A stretch of 63,974 nucleotides of DNA, the filler included, from Octopus bimaculoides (lineage: Eukaryota): assembly GCF_001194135.2 (NCBI RefSeq). It is 6 parts of 6 records of this genome, joined end to end, with 100 filler letters (N's around TTAATTAATTAA, not from the genome) between each part and the next. Parts side by side here need not be neighbours in the genome. Positions count along the whole stretch, not along the records: positions 60,907 to 62,831 come from NC_068991.1; positions 62,932 to 63,974 come from NC_069001.1; 4 more parts are not named here. The stretch is one strand, 5' to 3'. A program made the translations under genes and the position numbers. Below are positions 61,513 to 63,974 of this stretch, in pieces; the first letter of the stretch is position 1, and every line of letters begins with the position of its first letter. The notes beneath the pieces were generated by a model. That model saw nothing but the letters and a program-made list of their open reading frames with translations. It did no database searches and was not told the origin of the DNA.

Positions 61513-62010
61513 ACGCATACATTTCCACAATTCTCAGCCTATTTTCACCAAACTTTACGCACACATTACTTATGTCCCGAAGATGGTCATACACTATAAC
61601 ATTTCGACCAGAGCTCCCGCCTAAATGGACATAGATTTTTGTATGTAGGGTTTTCCATACTTTTTAAAATCTTTTTATAAAAGTGAAAGGATTTTGTCTA
61701 TTTGTTTATTTCCACTGTCTACCAGCGACGGTGGTTATATTGACAAGGAACACTGAACGCATACATTTCCACAATTCTCAACCGATTTCCACCAAACCTT
61801 ACACACACATTACTTATGTTCCAAGGATCGCCATGTCTAAACATTTTGCTCAGAGCTCCCGCGTAAATGGACCTAAATGGACGTAATTTTTTTGTATGTA
61901 AGGTCTTCCATACTTCTTTAATCATTTTATAAAAGTGAAAAGATTTTGTCTATTTATTTATTTCGACTGTCCACCTGCCACGCTGGTTAAATTGACGAGG
62001 AACATTGTAC
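61513..62010. repeat. Tandem duplication of a ~244-bp unit, probably Helitron-related
   Basis: acgcatacatttccacaattctca starts at 61513 and 61757, and the two units align over their whole length. Confidence 0.9.
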
Positions 62011-62931
62011 ACGATGAATATCCAATACCAAACAATCTTAATCTCCATATTTAAACTGCATTAAATTTGGCAACCTTACCTTTACCTATTCTGAGTTACT
62101 TGAAAGGTGATGTTCCCTTCCCTCTCTCGTATTTGTTGATACCTTTGTTTACCTACCAATCTGTTGCTTCACTTTTAGGATGCCTATTTACCCATCCATT
62201 ATGGTATTTCGACTGTTGTCCGTTGTTTCAAATACGTTTTAGCATTGACGTTCTAGCCTTTTTAAAGCAATTACATATGATTCATCCCAAAGAATCAACC
62301 TTTAAATAAGAGTTTTGCTTTCACTAGCGAAAGCTATACGTATCTTTCAGAAAGCTCCATACCAATTTAACTTTATGCAGCATTCGCTGTTAGTTTATGT
62401 GCAAGCTATGTGGGAAGACAGAATAAAGGAGCTTTCGTTAGTTTAACTCTCCGGAAAAAATAGCTCCCTTTGCTGTTGAAAAAAATAAACTCGCAGAGGG
62501 TAAGTTTCAACGTCTTCCTTCAACTTCCTTATACCGTTTATGTGGCCGTTTCTGACAAGAAATTTCGCTTTCATGTAAAACAACTATATTTTGTAGTCGT
62601 TATCCGTAGCACTACTTTGCATCGCTTGCAAACTTATATGTTCCATGATCATTAAAGTGCAACGACTTCCACAATAACCAAACTTCAATTTCATTTTCCG
62701 TTCCTAGGTTAATCGGAAACATAGATTGCCGTGCTACTCATAAACCTTCTAGGTAGTTCAATTATTTGGTGAAAAAAAATACCACCAAAGCAACTTAAAC
62801 CGTCCAAAAGACGGATGCGTTTGCTGGTATANNNNNNNNNNNNNNNNNNNNNNNNNNNNNNNNNNNNNNNNNNNNTTAATTAATTAANNNNNNNNNNNNN
62901 NNNNNNNNNNNNNNNNNNNNNNNNNNNNNNN

Positions 62932-62966
<35 letters not shown>

Positions 62967-63289
62967 ATGTAATATGGGGGGTTTTTATGGCACTATATAT
63001 ATACTGGAAAGTTGTAAGTTTATTTTTCAAAGCATCAACATCACAGAATCTCGCATAGACATTTTGTAAACAGACAAAATAATCTCTGTCACTGTGACGC
63101 TGAAGTAATTAATTTTTTTTAACAGTTGTTTTATGAACAGAGAGGAAGAGTTGCGTCCCTTAGTTGCAAGCTAACACATACACACACCCACGCATACGTC
63201 TATATATCTAAGACGGGCTGCGTATAACGATATCGACCAGACTATTGGATGCTGTTACATATTGCTTGGCATTGTTTCAGCTTTCGAAT

Positions 63290-63510
63290 GAACTCACACC
63301 ACTGGCAGGGCGAGCAGGCCATTTTATTCCCTCGGATCGGAAAGCTATTCCGTCGCAGGGTGACACAGTTACAGCCGAGTGGCCTGGAGTAACGTGAAAT
63401 GAAGTGTTTTTGCTCAAATAACACAAGGTGCTGCTTGATCTAGGAATTGAACCCACAGTCTAGTGATCGTGAGACTGCAACACTTTAATCACTGAGCAAT
63501 GCACCTTCAC
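63290..63510 (-). mobile_element. CORE-like tRNA SINE (family D-like)
   Basis: gcctggagtaacgtgaaatgaagtgtttttgctcaa..ggaattgaaccca. Confidence 0.7.
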
Positions 63511-63544
63511 ACAAATATAAATAAGTATATATATATATATATAT

Positions 63545-63772
63545 ATAGACGGAAACTAAAAGAAGCCCATGTATATATGGGTGTGTGTGTTTATCTCCCC
63601 AACATCGCTGGACAACCGATGCTGGTGTGTTAACATCCCCGTAACCTAGCCGTTCGACAAAAGAGGCCGATAGAATAAGTGCTAAGCTAACAAAGAATAA
63701 GTCCTGGGGTCGATTTGCTAAACTAAAAACAATGATCCAGCATGGACAGTCAAATGACAAACAAGCAAAAGA
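63545..63772 (+). mobile_element. SINE family A, 3' half
   Basis: gacggaaactaaaagaagccc...gtcctggggtcgatttgc. Confidence 0.85.
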
Positions 63773-63974
63773 ATATATATATTCATTTTTATATATATTT
63801 ATATATATATGTTTATACATATATATACATTTATTTATATATATATTTATATATATTTAGATATTTATTTATATATATATATTTATATATATATATTTAT
63901 ATATATATATTTATATATATATATTTATATATATATATTTATATATATATATTTATATATATATATTTATATAT
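63773..63974. repeat. AT-only low-complexity repeat, (ATATATATATATTT)-like units
   Basis: Direct observation. Confidence 0.93.

Overview
Repeat-dense, AT-rich eukaryotic DNA with many N-gaps. It is most consistent with an octopod cephalopod draft assembly; this is inferred from the tRNA-derived SINE families, RTE and R4/Dong-like LINE relics, and dense (TA)n/(TG)n/(TATG)n microsatellites. No host protein-coding gene can be identified with confidence. Almost all ORFs in the track are microsatellite or N-run artefacts, and a few low-confidence exon candidates lie in the SINE-poor 44-55 kb stretch. Supported content: three to four modular tRNA-SINE families, several RLE-type (R4/Dong-like) non-LTR relics flanked by (CATA)n or (TAA)n, RTE and L2/CR1-like LINE fragments, a decayed Tc1 element, hAT MITEs with 8-bp TSDs, Helitron-like ends, a 529-bp fold-back palindrome, a ~125-bp tandem array and a 28S rRNA fragment fused to a SINE tail. 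The most interesting signals are five minimal hammerhead-ribozyme relics (two near-intact, at 30372 and 41116), an HDV-like ribozyme candidate at the 5' end of a non-autonomous RTE, the 28S-SINE chimera, and apparent microsatellite targeting by two R4-like families. Coordinates of decayed elements are approximate, and all folds and alignments were done by eye.
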